64,000 nt of DNA from Octopus sinensis (lineage: Eukaryota). How positions within the stretch are numbered: position 1 is the first letter of the stretch; the number at the start of each line of letters is the position of its first letter. Below the pieces are notes generated by a model. That model saw only the letters and a program-made list of their open reading frames with translations. It was not told the DNA's origin and did not search any database. Made by a program: the position numbers and the translations under genes. The stretch is taken from NCBI RefSeq assembly GCF_006345805.1, contig NW_021825323.1:124001-188000 (forward strand), given 5' to 3'. Below, in pieces: positions 36,547 to 49,850 of this stretch.

Positions 36547-38510
36547 TTTTCTTTTCCGCCAACCTTACTGCCCTCGGGAAAAAGGACAACGGCGTGAGAC
36601 CCATCGCCGTTGGGAATATCTTTCGGAGGCTCTCCGCCAAACTTCTGTGCCACGCAATTGTCCCCTTTTTGTCTCAGGAGTTTCTCCCCGCCCAACTCGG
36701 GGTCGGTGTCCCAAACGGCTGCGAAGCGGCCGTTCATTCGATCCGCGAACTCATCGAATCTTCCCAGGCGGCTATCATGGTTAAACTAGACGTCTCAATC
36801 GCTTTCAATTCCATTAGACGTGACCACCTACTGGAGTGCTGCCGCGAACTGGTTCCGTTCGCTTATCCCCTCGTACATCTCTCATACGCTTCCCCGAGTA
36901 TCCTTATGTTCGACGATGTTCCCATCTCTTCGGCTACCGGGGCCCAACAGGGCGATCCCCTGGGTCCTGTCCTTTTTGCCTTGGGCGTTAACAGCATCGC
37001 TCACTCTGTTCGATCCCCAATTAACATATGGTATCTGGATGACACAACCATTTGCGGTCCCCCCGATGCTGTTTTTGTCGACCTTCGTTCTATTTTCCCT
37101 TCCCTCTCGGACATCGGCCTATCTATAAATGCCGATAAATCCGAAATCGTGAACATTGCCTTAAATCCGAGTGACTTCACTGCTTCAATTCCCACGTGCC
37201 GAGGCATTCTTTCAGACGTCCGGATTACGGACAAATCAAATTTCACGATCCTCGGTGCCCCCATGGGGCCTTCTGCCCTCGAATGCTCACTCGCTGAAAA
37301 AATTTCCCACTTATCCAAAATGATCGAGAAGCTTAAAGTCATCGAGCCTCATGTGGCTCTTTGCCTTCTCCGAAACCACTTTTCCGTCCCTAAGATCCTT
37401 TACACCCTAAGATGTGCACCCTGCTTTCAAAAGAGGCGACCTTCTTTCCGACCTTGACAATATCCTCAGGCTCGATACGAGCTCTCTTTGCAATCTGGCT
37501 TTCGACGATCCAGGCTGGACTCAGGCATCCCTGCCTGTGCGCTGGGGCGGCCTTGGCTTGAGATCCTATTCCGATCTTGCCCTCCCCGCATTCCTATCCG
37601 CCCACTACGCTTCTCGTACTCTCTTAGACATCGTTCTTAGAAACCTCCCCGAACGGAAATTGTCTGAAGATTACTCTGCAGCCCGTGGTCGGTGGGAGGC
37701 TCGGTTTAGTTCGAAGCTGCCCAATTCTCAATCTGTACAGCGTCAATGGGACGAAATCTCTTGCGAGACAATTTTCGAAGGCCTCCTTCCTGTCTCCAAT
37801 CAACACCGTGTCGCTTGCCTCCGTGCAGGTCGCTGCGAAGGCAGCGGTGTCTGGTTAAAAGCTCTCCCCCTCCCTTCCATCGGGAACCTGGTGGACAAGG
37901 AATGCCTAAGAATCGGGCTGAAAATCTGCCAGACGCACAAATGCCGCTCTGGGGAAACTGTTGACGAGCACGGTTTGCACCCCCTCGCTTGTCGTCGGAG
38001 TGCCGGTCGTGCCCCCCGTCACAGTGAACTCAACTCGATTATACAGAGGGCCCTCGCTTCAGCTGGCGTCCCGTCAATTCTCGAACTTGTTGGACTGGAT
38101 AGAGGGAATGGCAAACGCCCAGACGGGATGTCCACCTTCCCATACGAACAGGGGAAATCCCTTATTTGGGATTCTACCTGTTCGGACACGTTCTCGCTGG
38201 GAAATCTCGCTCTGTCCGCCGCCAATCCTGTGCACGCTTCGAGGCAGGCCAAGGACCGAAAGATTCTCAAGTACGGCCGCCTCTCCAACTCGCTGTTCTT
38301 TACTTCAATCGCCGTGAAGTCCTCCGGGATCTTCTGCCCCAAGACACTCCGCTTCCTTCGCTCGCTCGGTCGACGGATTTCAAGGACAAGCCACGATCCA
38401 AAAGAGTATTCTTGGCTCCTGGAACGTCTGTCGATTGCTGTGATCCGAGGGAACGGCTTCGCCATTCGCGAGGCTGGCTGGGTGTCTTGTGAGGCCATTA
38501 ATTAGCTTAG
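36547..38510 (+). mobile_element. 5'-truncated CRE-like retrotransposon (RT, zinc knuckle, REL endonuclease)
   Basis: KKDNGVRPIAVGNIFRRL, QLGVGVPNGCEAAVH, KLDVSIAFNSI, QQGDPLGP, WYLDD, QASLPVRWGGLGLR, HPLAC, GKRPDG, WDSTC, ERLSIAVIRGN. One frameshift near 37430. Confidence 0.92.
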
Positions 38511-38519
38511 CTATCTTTT

Positions 38520-40990
38520 TACTTTTTAGCATATAGCTGTTTGATCAGATTAATTAGAGGTGTACAAAAAGAGAGACCAATCGGATTGATCCCCGTCGAC
38601 CTATGGTCTACCTTGTAAAGTTTGTACAACAAATGAGACACATTATCCCTAACAGTTTCCTCCCAATCCTACCAATCACATATTGGCTCAACCTCATCCA
38701 CCGAGTAAGGACAAAACGCAGAAATGAGACATTCCACATACTCCTCCGACATCCGACGATTAATGTGGATTAATGCTATACACGTGCTAAGCACACTCGC
38801 CAGCTGAAAACTCACTCTCTGTAGTTCACGCTTGTACAAGCAATCAACTACATTTGTGAGGCAATAATTTACTTTGTTGGTCAGGTCCTCATACACCCAC
38901 TCGTAGTGGCCAAGTGTCTTGATTGTTGGGTCACGTACTTTGGACAGCAAACACTTTTCTACTGAAAGCATCTGTTGGCAGTAGTCGCTCATTTCTTGTC
39001 GTAATTTCGTCAATTGTGCACAAAACTTGTGATAATCGTGACATCATACTTTATTTTGTTGTGTAATCGAATGAAAAAGATCACCTGTAGGGATATCCTT
39101 GCTGTAAGTTAGTTGGGAATAGTCGTCATTTAATGAGGCCAGCAGTGCCTCCAAGACCAACCACAGTTCTTGGTAATCATTGGCTTGAATAGAGCACGAC
39201 TGCTGGCCTAATGCATCAACATAACAGAAATACTCCATGAGATGGAGACTGTCTGTCCACTGGGGAATTTTAGCATGGTTTTGGGGAGTGTATCTTTATT
39301 TGAATACTTTTTATGAAGCCACCCAAATCAAGTATTTTGGCTGACTTGAATGTGACTTTGAAAGATCCTTCGAACGTGTCGGGCATGTAGAAACCATCAT
39401 GTCCAGAGGTACGTGAAATCTTTTGCAAATGTGCATTTGATCAGCAAATAGATACACAACCAATACTTCTGTCAACTTGAAAAAAGAAAAATAAGTCGAC
39501 TGCCAGTGTGGACGGCAGGTCTGTCCAATCTCCACTAAACTCGACCACAAAAGTGTAATTCTTGGCTATTTTGGCTTCATTAAATTCCCACCAATGAAAG
39601 GCACTCTGATATCCTTCTGAGAACTCTAATCGAGGACCTGCGAAGGATCCTGACATTGTCAACTTACATGTTTGTGGAGACAAGACCCTGGAGATTTAGT
39701 CAACAAGCAATATTTCCAGACATATCCGATTTTCCCTCTAAACATATATTTCCATACAAACGTGAAATGTGTCTGTCACTTGGAACTGGAGATTCAGCAG
39801 AACAACCTTGGAGGATTGATCTTGTTTGATTTCCTTGATGAGTGTTCGTAGTTCCTGTCTGGCCTGCTCATGACTAAGATCTCTGGTCAGACGAGTCGTC
39901 GATATCGTGGAAGGATCGGTCTAGAAGTAGAAAGATTCGAGGGACCCATCGTCCCCCAAAATAGACAAGTCCGCGTTGGTTTCTACAACCAGTTAATAAA
40001 GAAAACTACTCGAAGGTGCCTGTAACAATTTGAATGGCGGAAAAATCGGTTCGACACGACCAAAATACCTCCCTTCCCTTGTAAGCTCAAATGGTGGACT
40101 GAGCCATCCCCATAAGAATCCCCGGCTTCTCCTCGGGCACTGCGATTAACTTGGATTCTTAATTCATGCGTAGACAAGGAAGCAGGAGACGTGGTCTCGG
40201 AGTTTGGTCATGAATATTATTTTTCCGTTTAAAGTCAATGAATAGAATGTATGGTCCCCTGTATTAATTATATTATATGGCTAACCGAGACAGGATTCCT
40301 AACTACTTTCATGTCTCTGACTGTTTCTCCAATCGTCAGGTCCTACACAGTCTGGGTTATATGTGACAACATACAACATGTTCCGACACCCCGAGTATCA
40401 AATCCCTGTACTTGTATGCCTCTACCTCCATGTTGGAAGAGACAGTCAAAAAGAATTCCGCAGTGTTTGAATACCCAATCGGTCCCGGGAGAAGTCGAGT
40501 CCTCACCCGGAAAGAGGCGGCGATAACTTTTTCTGAAAAGACCGAGATGAGACCCTCCATAGACTGGACTGCAATAGATTGGAAGGCTAAGAGTCTCCTC
40601 CATGACCAGTACTCTCCTCAAAGCCGAACTTCCCGGACACCATGTTAAAGTTGCTAGCAGGGCAATCGTGATGAAATGATTCAAAGATCGACATCTCTTC
40701 ATTTTTGAAGGTGAAATATAAACAGCCAGTCTCCAAGGCTCTAGGACAACCAAACACGTCTGGTCATCGTTCCTGACCAAAATAAACATGAAACAAATGA
40801 CTGAGTGAAAGTCCCGCTAAAATTCGAGAATATTTCCTCCAGGTTTAGTTATTTTATACATTTGCTGATCCAACTACTCCTCAAGCCGTTATGGCTTATT
40901 TGGTAGAGTCACTTATTTAGTTTAGTAATCTGGGTTCCTCTGCTCCAGTTTCTAATAGTCAGACTGTACTAATACTTTTATGGTTATTAA
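38520..40990 (-). pseudogene. Decayed intronless long ORF of unknown family
   Basis: ORFs 39311-39550, 39044-39238 and 38669-39013 share one frame broken by only a few stops. The upstream frame (including ORF 39441-39683) joins at a T-run near 39480. Less AT-rich than host genes; no micro-introns seen. Confidence 0.5.
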
Positions 40991-41572
40991 AACAGGGATA
41001 AGTGAACTTGCTTTTGCAATCACAATTAGTGCCGCAATTCCCCATCAAAAATCAATCCTCAAGGAAAGGGTCTCCCACAGAGAAGCGGCGTAAGTCGACC
41101 TGGCCCAAAAGCCTGTTCCAACATCGAGAAGCCGGACTGAGGGGGTTTGGGAGATTTTAAATGCGCATTCTTATCATTGATTAGCTAGAATAGACTTCTA
41201 CATAATCTCCCTTACTTCTAGGAAACTTAATAATAGTCAATAAACTAAATTTAACCAAAAATACAACATTCTTTTGAAACAAAAGATTGAATTTTTTATA
41301 CTAAATAAGATTATTTAGTTGGTGTTTCTTTGCTAAAGTCTGCAAATCTGTCTTCTGCCCCAGTGACTCTCTTGCTAATTGGTACTGTACTGCCATCTCT
41401 CTCGTGTTTACTTCATATTTTCTTTCCAAAAGATATTCCCTCTTGTTAAACATGAGCCATGGAGACGTTTTTAGTAGAGAAGGGAAACCAAGGTAGACGA
41501 AAATATGGACAAAAATTAAAAAGATAATAAATTAAATCAAAACAAGAGCCAAAAAAAGAAATCAACAACTAA

Positions 41573-43058
41573 CTAAGCCATCTTTTCAAGTTTCTTTTTC
41601 TTCTCAATGGCTGCCTTCTGAGCCTTATCCATGGTCGTATCATACTCACGACCGTGGCAAGAACCAATTGCAACAACAGAACCAGAGTCACGAAGTGAAA
41701 TCCTAGTATAACGAGGAAAGTCGGGAAGTGCTTCAATCACAAGAGGCATTTTTGGAATAAAAGTAACTTCTGCCTGATCACCGGAAGCAAGAAACTCACA
41801 ATCTTCACCCAATTCTGCCATCAAATGCTGATGCCTTTTGGATTTCTTGACTTTAACTATCTCCTTAAGAATGCAAGGCATATGTGTGGTGTTCGTATCC
41901 AGAACAGGGGTATACCCTTTACATATTTTGGTTGGATGGTCCAACACAACCAATTTTGCCCCAAAACTCTTAACTTTACGAGGAGGATTGGTAATTGGAC
42001 CAATCATTGTACCCCTTTTCAAATCCTTTATTGCCATCCCCTTTAAGTTCATCCCCGCACAGCATGTGGCATCCACAAATTCATAGGCTTTTCGATGAAT
42101 TTCAATAGACTTAATTTGAGTATTCATTGAACACGGTTCCAATCTTAGTTGCATTCCAACCTCTGCCCTTCCATAGTTTATAGACAGTGTGGTTATTGTT
42201 CCAATACCTATAGTTTTATTACAAAAAAATTAACCCTGCAAAACAAATGCATCGGTAATACAGCCGCGAAGATCGTACTCCTTGGCTGAGGGTGGCTTAA
42301 CAACCGAATTAATAGCATCAATCAATGTGACTCCAGACAGTTTAATTGGATCTTGATCTTTCTTGTACACCTGATACTCCCATTTTGGCTGGAAACTGTA
42401 ACACGTCGAAGGATCGCTTAAATTCCGACCATGGAATGCAGAAATCGGAACATAAGGAACCATATCCTGATTTCTGAAGTAACCGATCTACAAAATAAAT
42501 GTATTCCTAAACCTTATGAAAAATACTCCCAATTTCGTTCTTTATCATAAGGAAACGCTCTGCCTGATCCTTTTCCTCGATCGCATCCATCTTATTTACG
42601 GCCACAATAACGGAAGAAATCCCCGAGGCGAATGCTAACTGTGCGTGTTGACGAGTTTGCCCCCTGGAAGAAATACCAGCCTCAAATCCTCCCGGTGTTC
42701 CATCAATGACCAATATGGCCACCTCTGCAGATGTTGTCCCGGTTATCATATTCTTAATAAAGTCTCTATGCCCCGGAGCATCCACAATAGTCACATGGAA
42801 CCGATCGGTTTCAAAATTCTTTACTGTCGACTGAATTGTGATTCCGCGATTTCTCTCAGCTTTTGTCAGGTCCATAGCAAATGCATATTTAAATGATCCT
42901 CGGCCCATTCCAACTGCTTCATTTTCCAGCTTGCTCATCTGTCTTTTGTCGATACCACCGTTTTCAACAAGCATTCTGCCACAAAGGGTAGATTTGCCAG
43001 CATCAATGTGTCCAATTATTACTAGACCAAGACTTTCTTTTTTACTTTCCTCAGACAT
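41573..43058 (-). CDS. Divergent elongation factor 1-alpha-like translational GTPase (3 exons)
   Basis: GHIDAGKST, RGITI, DAPGHRDFIKNMITG, FEAGIS..GQTRQHA, NKMD, DHPTKI..GYTPVLD. Introns at 42488-42512 (25 nt) and 42208-42234 (27 nt). Confidence 0.9.
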
Positions 43059-43449
43059 ATATGAAGAGAAAGGAACCACTTAAAAACTAGTAGCGTGTAA
43101 GCATGTCTGTTCTTTTATTAAAAAAAATTGGTTAACCGTTCCAGAAAAAAATAATTTATATATATATTTAAGTCATTTGTATTAATATGATTAACAAAAT
43201 CATATTCTTTCGATATTTATGATTGCTAAATTTGTTTCATGGAAAATGGATAGCACATCATTTAATTTTCTAATTATTTTATATTTTCGTCATTTTAAGT
43301 AAACGATTTTGCTTAGAATCATCTTCTTCTAACTATTAGTACAAAAAATCTCCTTTATCTCTTTATTAATAATATACTTCTTTCATTAAATTCATAATGC
43401 GGTTTTAAATTCGCACGTGGAATTCCTACTTATACAATAGAAAATCTGA

Positions 43450-46400
43450 TTAATCTATATTTGTGAGGGCCCACATACCCGTTCGGAATGTCCTCTGACT
43501 GGAAACTACCCTACCAAGTGCATAAACTGTGGATCCTCAACACACATGGCCAACTATGGAGGATGTCCTGTTGTCAAGGAGCTTCTTAAAAAGAGATTAC
43601 CTCGGAAAACTACAGATCAGTCTACTAAACTGAAATTTGATACATCTCCCGCAATGAAAATACAAGGAAAAACGATCAAAACTGAAACAGGAAACGTGAA
43701 AGTACAAAATACCTGGAAAGGATGGAACTTTAATAAAAGTACAAAATTCGTGGATGCTGAGGTTCAGACTGACGATATCTCTGAATCCATGTCAAACACT
43801 TTGAAAACTGCGACACCACTATATCTACGCAAAAACCAAAATTAAAGTTGGAACAAGGCGTAAACACAACCGAATATATGACTCAACCCAAAAAAGGCAT
43901 GAAACTCGGGGACACTTCCAAATCAAACCCGGGACAACCACCATGCAACATACAGGTGGCAGATGAAAGACAAATGCAATTGAACATTTAAAAGCAAAAC
44001 TGGAGGACCTCCATCTTAAATCGAAAACGACGACTAAAAAAACGTTTAAAAATTTACTGGAACTGGTGGCGCTCGTTATGGAGGACAGTCACCAAAACTT
44101 GACGAGATGAGCGTTTTTACGCTTATCAACGCCCGGTCAATTCGGAAACGGGCTACGGAGCTAACCTACTTGGTTAGCTCGGTAAACATGGACATATTGG
44201 TTGTTAATGAAACGAAGCTTAAGGGAAATCAGCATCATAAAATCCATGGTTTTCAGTCGATTGATATCCCATGGCGACCTGACGCAGTGGCTGGCACTGG
44301 GACATCCATATATTATAAAGACAATCTGATGGTGAGGGACTTGAAAATCGTCGAACAAAATTTGTGCGAACTGATTACATTGAAACTACTAACATCCCTT
44401 GGATGGATATCTGTCGGAGCTATGTACTCCAAAGCAATGAAGAATTATCAAAATCTTATTGAAGAATTTTTCCAGAACAATGATAGAGGAATTCTAATAG
44501 GAGACCTTAACGCAAAACACACATCGTACGGATGTGCCAACACAAATTCGGACGGTAATATACTCCTCAGATTATCGGAGAACTGCGGTTTTAGTGTTTT
44601 GACCTCACGAGAACCAAACCACTTCTCTTGTTATGGAGAGGATTGTATTGGAGTTTTCCTCGTATCGGCAGATCTTGTTCATCAATGCAGCATACCAAGG
44701 ATTGAGATAAACATTGGTAGTGATCACCTACCTCAATCCTTGTGTATGCGAACATCATCTACGATATGCGAAGATCTGTTTATCGGATACGATACGTCTC
44801 GGACAATCTGGTCGGACCTTGAGGTATCAATGAAAAAGCATTTGACACCGTATCCAATACAAAACATCTCTTCGAATATACAAATTGAAAAACTTGATAA
44901 AATTCTCAGAGAAGCTATACTGGACTTTCTCCGAAAATCTTCAATCAGGAAATACATCATGTCAAATACTAACAGAAAAACCCGGATTGACGAATCTTTG
45001 GGAAAACTTATAAAATGGAAGGGAAACCTTGAAAAGAAGCTAAGACGATGCAGTGACCCCATAGATCGTATTCGTCTTCGGGATAAGATTCGTACCGTGA
45101 AAATAGAGATAAATGATGTCGCAAAAAAACATTCAGACCTTGCTTGGAAGAGTCAATGCTCGAAACTGAATAAGAAAAACCCTCATTTTTGGAAGGTTTT
45201 CAACAGACTGAGTAATATGGAGAACAAAGGAGAAGAGATCCGACTAAAACAACTGAAGGAATAGATATCCCGCTCGATGAAGTTCCCTCACATCTGCGAA
45301 GTCAACTGGCAAAAGTTCAAGAGGTGGATCCGATCGACATGGTTCCGAAAGAAGTTATATGTGAGGCTCAGAGAAGTCTAAGAGCTAATTTGAGTCATAC
45401 GGGACCACTGTGCAGAGACATAACGTTGGAAGAAACGTATGCCGCAATTATGAGCTGCAAGAATAATGCACCCGGCCATGACTACATTCCAATTTCTGTA
45501 TTCAAACATGCTCCAATTATTCTCCTACGATACTTGACCGCACTATACAATGCAAGCTGGAGACTTGGATACGTACCGGACTCTTGGATAAAGTCAATCG
45601 TATGTATGATTCCAAAGCCTGGAAAATGAAGGACCATGCAGAGAACTATAGGCCGATAAGCCTAATATGCTCCGTCTCTAAAATTATGGAACGGATTGTC
45701 TTCACAAGACTTTCGAACTTCGTAGAGGAATCAGGTGCACTTGCAGCGGAGCAGTGGGGATTCCGACGAAAAAGATCCTGTGGAGATTGTTTCGGAGAAC
45801 TCGAGAAAGTCATCTCGCTTAGTCTTGCTAACAATACAGCGACTATTGCTATCTGCCTCGATGTCTCAAAAGCTTTTGACAGCGTATGGCACCTGGGCCT
45901 CTTGGAAAGTGTCGCCAAAATCAAACCCGGGTCTAAAACGGTCAATTGGCTAAAGAGCTATTTATCAATGAGGAGGTCATACATACGATGCGGAAACCGT
46001 TTGTCGGAATCTGTCGATCTCAAAAGAGGGGTACCTCAAGGCTCGGTCTTGAGCCCTCTGCTTTTTAATATTTACGTTGCTGATATTCCAAAACCGAAAG
46101 ATCCTACCAGTCGTCTCATGATCTACGCGGACGACATACTAATAACGGATGCTTCGTGGAGAAAAGACATCTCGTGGAGGAAGTTAAAAGGATACGTGAC
46201 AAGAGTGGAAGAATGGTGCATATCAAAAGGACTGACGCTTGCAAAAGAAAAGTGCACCGCCACTTGGATTGCAAAACAGGGAGCAAAACGAAAACCGCCG
46301 AGAAACCTCTATGGGTTTACAGTAACGGAGAACCTGAAATACCTTGGGGTTGAAGTTGGATCCAAGGGTTCTTACTTCAGATACATCGACTCGAGGAGAA

Positions 46401-46820
46401 GGAAATGCGCTCAAATTCTCAGGAGCATAATTCACTTCCACCTTTCCCCGGAAACGTTTTTATATGTTTATAAAACGTGCGTCGAACCATTGCTTACCTA
46501 CGGGTTCGAGGGATGGTATCCTACTGCTGAAAGGGATGGCATTATCGCTAAGCTCGAAAAGACGAGGCGATATGCCATCAAATTGGCAAATGGACTCCAG
46601 TTGGACCAACCCATCCCTCAAGTGATGGAAGACGCGACGGAAACGGTTGGAAGTGTTCTTGAGAGAGCCTTTTCCTCTCGAATTAAATATTAAAAAAAAA
46701 AAAAAAAAAAGAGGGAAACAACGAAGAAGAGGCATACGTTGTCTCATTAACTTTCTCCCTCTTTTTTTCGGCTTTTCCGTTAATAAAAATTCATTCATTC
46801 ATTCATTCATTCATTCATTC
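43450..46820 (+). mobile_element. Near full-length APE-type LINE (Jockey/I-group-like): ORF1 zinc knuckles and ORF2 APE-RT with two frameshifts
   Basis: ORF1 remnant CEGPHTRSEC...CINCGSSTHMANYGGCP. ORF2 TLINARSI, VNETKL, IGDLNAKH, GSDHLP, NYRPISL, LDVSKAFDSVWH, GVPQGSVLSP, YADD. (TTCA)n tail near 46790-46820. Confidence 0.93.
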
Positions 46821-46899
46821 AATCTATATTAAATTAAAGAAACTAGGATAATGAAGCAGCACACTGATCCAATCTCTAATAAAACATTAATTTAACTAT

Positions 46900-48400
46900 T
46901 TTTGTATAATAGTTCTCGAACATTCTGTATTAACGTATCCTTAATTGCTTCAAATCGATAGCACGTGCACAGGATTTTTCATTATCGTATATATTATCAA
47001 TATAATGAAGTTTTAAAAATAAATTGTTAATCCCTCGTGAGAAACTCGCGAATATTAGAATCAAGAATCCATAAATATCGGAATAGCTTGAGATTACCAA
47101 GAAGGACTTGATTGCTTGTTCTTAGACGGGAAGTTACATTTGACATTTGAATTAGTGATTTTTCTCTTGTTTTTTTAATTGTGATATAGTAAAAATATTT
47201 TCCTTCAAAGAAATTATAATATAACCAAGATTGAAAGGCCTTGAAAGCAAGGTGGTCTGAAGATTAAAGTATTTTTAATCGTCACTGAATAGTTAACTCT
47301 AAAGCAGTGTTTCTTAACGTGGTCCCCATAAAATTTTAGATGGTCCCCAGAAATATGTTTACGTCAATTAATTTTTATGACTAAACAAATTATTTATTCA
47401 TTTGAATATCTAATTAATTTTATTCCACGTGTTTTTTGTTATTTGATTGTAATAATTAATGGAAAATGGATTGATATACTGGATCTGAAAATGTCGATGA
47501 TTCGCAGTGCATGATATGCGACATCATAATGGGAAACAACTCTTTGAAGTCACAACCAAAAGCTTTTTTATTAAATTGTTCTGTTACTGGTGATCCCCAG
47601 AAAAATTCAACAGACTAAAGTGATGCCCGGTCAAAAAAGGTTAAGAAACACTGCTCTAAAGAAAGTGAGTGTTTTAGAAAATCTATATGAATTACCTAAA
47701 TCAGTCATTTTAAATAATCGTAAATGTAGCTCACCTCTATTTTACGATGATTGCTTCAACATTTTTCATAACAAATTAAACACCCACCTAGTGAATACTG
47801 TCAAATTCGACATTTTATTTAATTACCTTCAGAACCCGTTGTGTAGACTCAAATCCCAAGCGTTTCTGGGGATATCGAGGCAAACACCGGTCCTTACGAG
47901 AATTTATATATTCTCTTTACTTCAATGCGAATTTTAGCTACATCAATTTGCAATACAGTTCTGTCTTCCTTCAAAAAATAAGATTCATATAAGTTTACTG
48001 CATAAATTACGTCTCATACAATTCAAAAGATCCCCAGTATTAGAAATTAGTTATTTAGTGACATTACTGCTTTATGCGAAGAAGAGACTCCAATACTCTT
48101 GATGTGCCATAATTGAACTACTGGTCCGTTGCCTAGAATTTCTATCTTGAATTTTATACACTCTCCGATTAAACTACTCGTTTACTGTCGGAGATTTCAG
48201 AAAGTAATGTAATTTTATTAAAAAACTGCTCTACAAAATTTATTAAAGCATGTATATAATTCCGTATTGTACTTGATGACTCTGTAATATGTGCTCCGCC
48301 TGAACCTAAAAATATCAATGATATTATTCATAATATACCAAACTCTGGAACGTTTTTATAAAGGCTGTGGGTCTACACCTCAATAACAACAGGTCGACAA
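46900..48400 (-). pseudogene. Possible decayed micro-intron-containing gene of unknown identity
   Basis: Host-like GT-AG introns at 48306-48338, 47788-47826 and 47696-47734. Exon fragments such as KNVPEFG|SGGAHITES and GGCLICYEKC. Contains stops and a hAT MITE insertion. Confidence 0.3.
47305..47653. mobile_element. hAT MITE
   Basis: TIRs CAGTGTTTCTTAAC and GTTAAGAAACACTG. 8-bp TSD CTCTAAAG at 47297-47304 and 47654-47661. Confidence 0.87.
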
Positions 48401-48419
48401 CTAACACCCTTGTGTTAGT

Positions 48420-49220
48420 TAATATCCGGTTTTGTCATCAGCAAGTAAAAAAGCGAACGGCGGAGGTCGGTCGCTCCCACAAGTCCAGGATTCCGTGGTG
48501 AGGAGACGATTAAGGTGGCCCAGGGCATGAGAAAAGTTCATTTGGGTGCATGTAAATATGTGGTCTTTGGAGGAGGGGATAGTGCCCTAAGCGGATTCTT
48601 GATAGCTGTACAAGGGGAGGTCTGGACTCTAATAGTTTATTGTGTTAAAGTGATCTGATTCCTTAGGTGGAAATGTGGTTATGTATCTGTTTGGACATAG
48701 TTGATCCGTTTTTCGGGGAGGTATTTTTGAGAGTGATCTCAGTTTGTCCTCAAGAGTGGCAATGATATTCCTTTTGTTTCTTGACAGCGGAACATAATGT
48801 TGTTGAGAGTGTGGGCTATCCATGATCTCATTAAGGAATTGTAATTCTCGCATTTCTAAGTAATGCCTGACGAGAAGGATCCTGGATTCTCAAAGGAGAT
48901 TATCGATAGGCTTTGATGAGAAAAATCCCGTGACTGTATAAAAGCCAGCGTTCTGGAGGCGCTGGAGTTTTTGTAAATTCGTAAAAAATACATTCCAAGA
49001 ACAGCATGGGCTGGGATAATTCAGGGACGTTCGAACAAATTGTTTATAAAGAGTTGGTAAGCTTTCTTTTGCTTGACTGAACGATTGACCCGATATGGTT
49101 TTTACGGCGTTTAGTTCACGTCTGATTTTACTGCATGTGAAGTCAATATGCTGAGAAAAGGAGAGGCATTGGTCAAAAATGACCCCCAAAATTCTGGGAT
49201 GTAGGTCATTTTGTGGCGAC
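48420..49220 (-). mobile_element. LINE 3' portion (RT C-terminus)
   Basis: RILGVIFDQCLSFSQHI, LYKQFVRTSLNY, KLQRLQNAGF..VTG and a terminal DHIFTC motif. Confidence 0.75.
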
Positions 49221-49850
49221 ATTTTGATCCTATGCTATGCTTAACAACCAAATTTACAATTAAGAACTTTACCAACTCAGGGTGGGGATTGCGAACAGTC
49301 GCGAGGGCGCAGTTTACGCTGCCAGAAGTTTTTTCTAACGGAGCACTCAGCTCCCCTCACGCAGCTGTGAAGCTCGATTTACGAAACACTTTCAACAGTG
49401 TAAAGAGAGATTGCATCCCCGAGGATTGGCTTAAAAGGCCTCAGCTGGTCTTCCTTTTCTACAACGAAGAAAGCACGCTTATCTTTGGGAACCAAGTCGT
49501 CCGCACACGGACAAGAGTTCAGCAGGGTGACTTACTCGGGCCGCTCCTCTTTGTCCTGGCAATCGATGATGTCGTAGACTCCCTAAACTCTCCTTTCAAT
49601 TTATGGTACTTGGATGATGCATCCGTTTGCGGACTCATTGAGTCTATTTCCCGGGACCTCTCACATCTCATTCCTTCCCTTGGACACCTCGGGCTAGAAT
49701 TAAATGAAGGAAAATCGAACTTTTGAATATCAACTATCCTTAGGCAAATTTTGTCGATTTAAGAAAACCAATAACCGATCTCATCCCCGGAGTTCAGACT
49801 ACCAACATGTCCGATGGGATGACAACTTTCACATCGGGGCGCTAAATATA
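49210..49850 (+). mobile_element. CRE-like RT fragment
   Basis: VKLDLRNTFNSVKR, RVQQGDLLGPLLFVLAI, WYLDDASVCG, GLELNEGKS. Confidence 0.72.

Noticed and set aside
39980-40620. Resemblance to the rhabdovirus L methyltransferase (GDGS; SWRRLLAFQS vs SWKNLYAFQS)
   Set aside because: The two motifs are in the wrong order and different frames, and no K-D-K-E tetrad was found. Treated as chance until an HMM search is run.
41290-41500. Short minus-strand frame (FNKREYLLERKY...) downstream of EF1A as an extra gene
   Set aside because: Looks like a decayed non-LTR C-terminal fragment; too short to support a call.
41573-43058. Calling the GTPase eRF3, HBS1 or EFL
   Set aside because: It has no N-terminal extension, and the FEAGIS and GYTPVLD regions plus the opisthokont insert are EF-1alpha type. 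The gene symbol is withheld pending phylogeny.
46691-46710. Long A-tract as a separate retroposed poly(A) tail
   Set aside because: It occupies the A-rich 3' UTR position (aaacataaaaaa) seen in the other family copies, so it is probably a slippage expansion.
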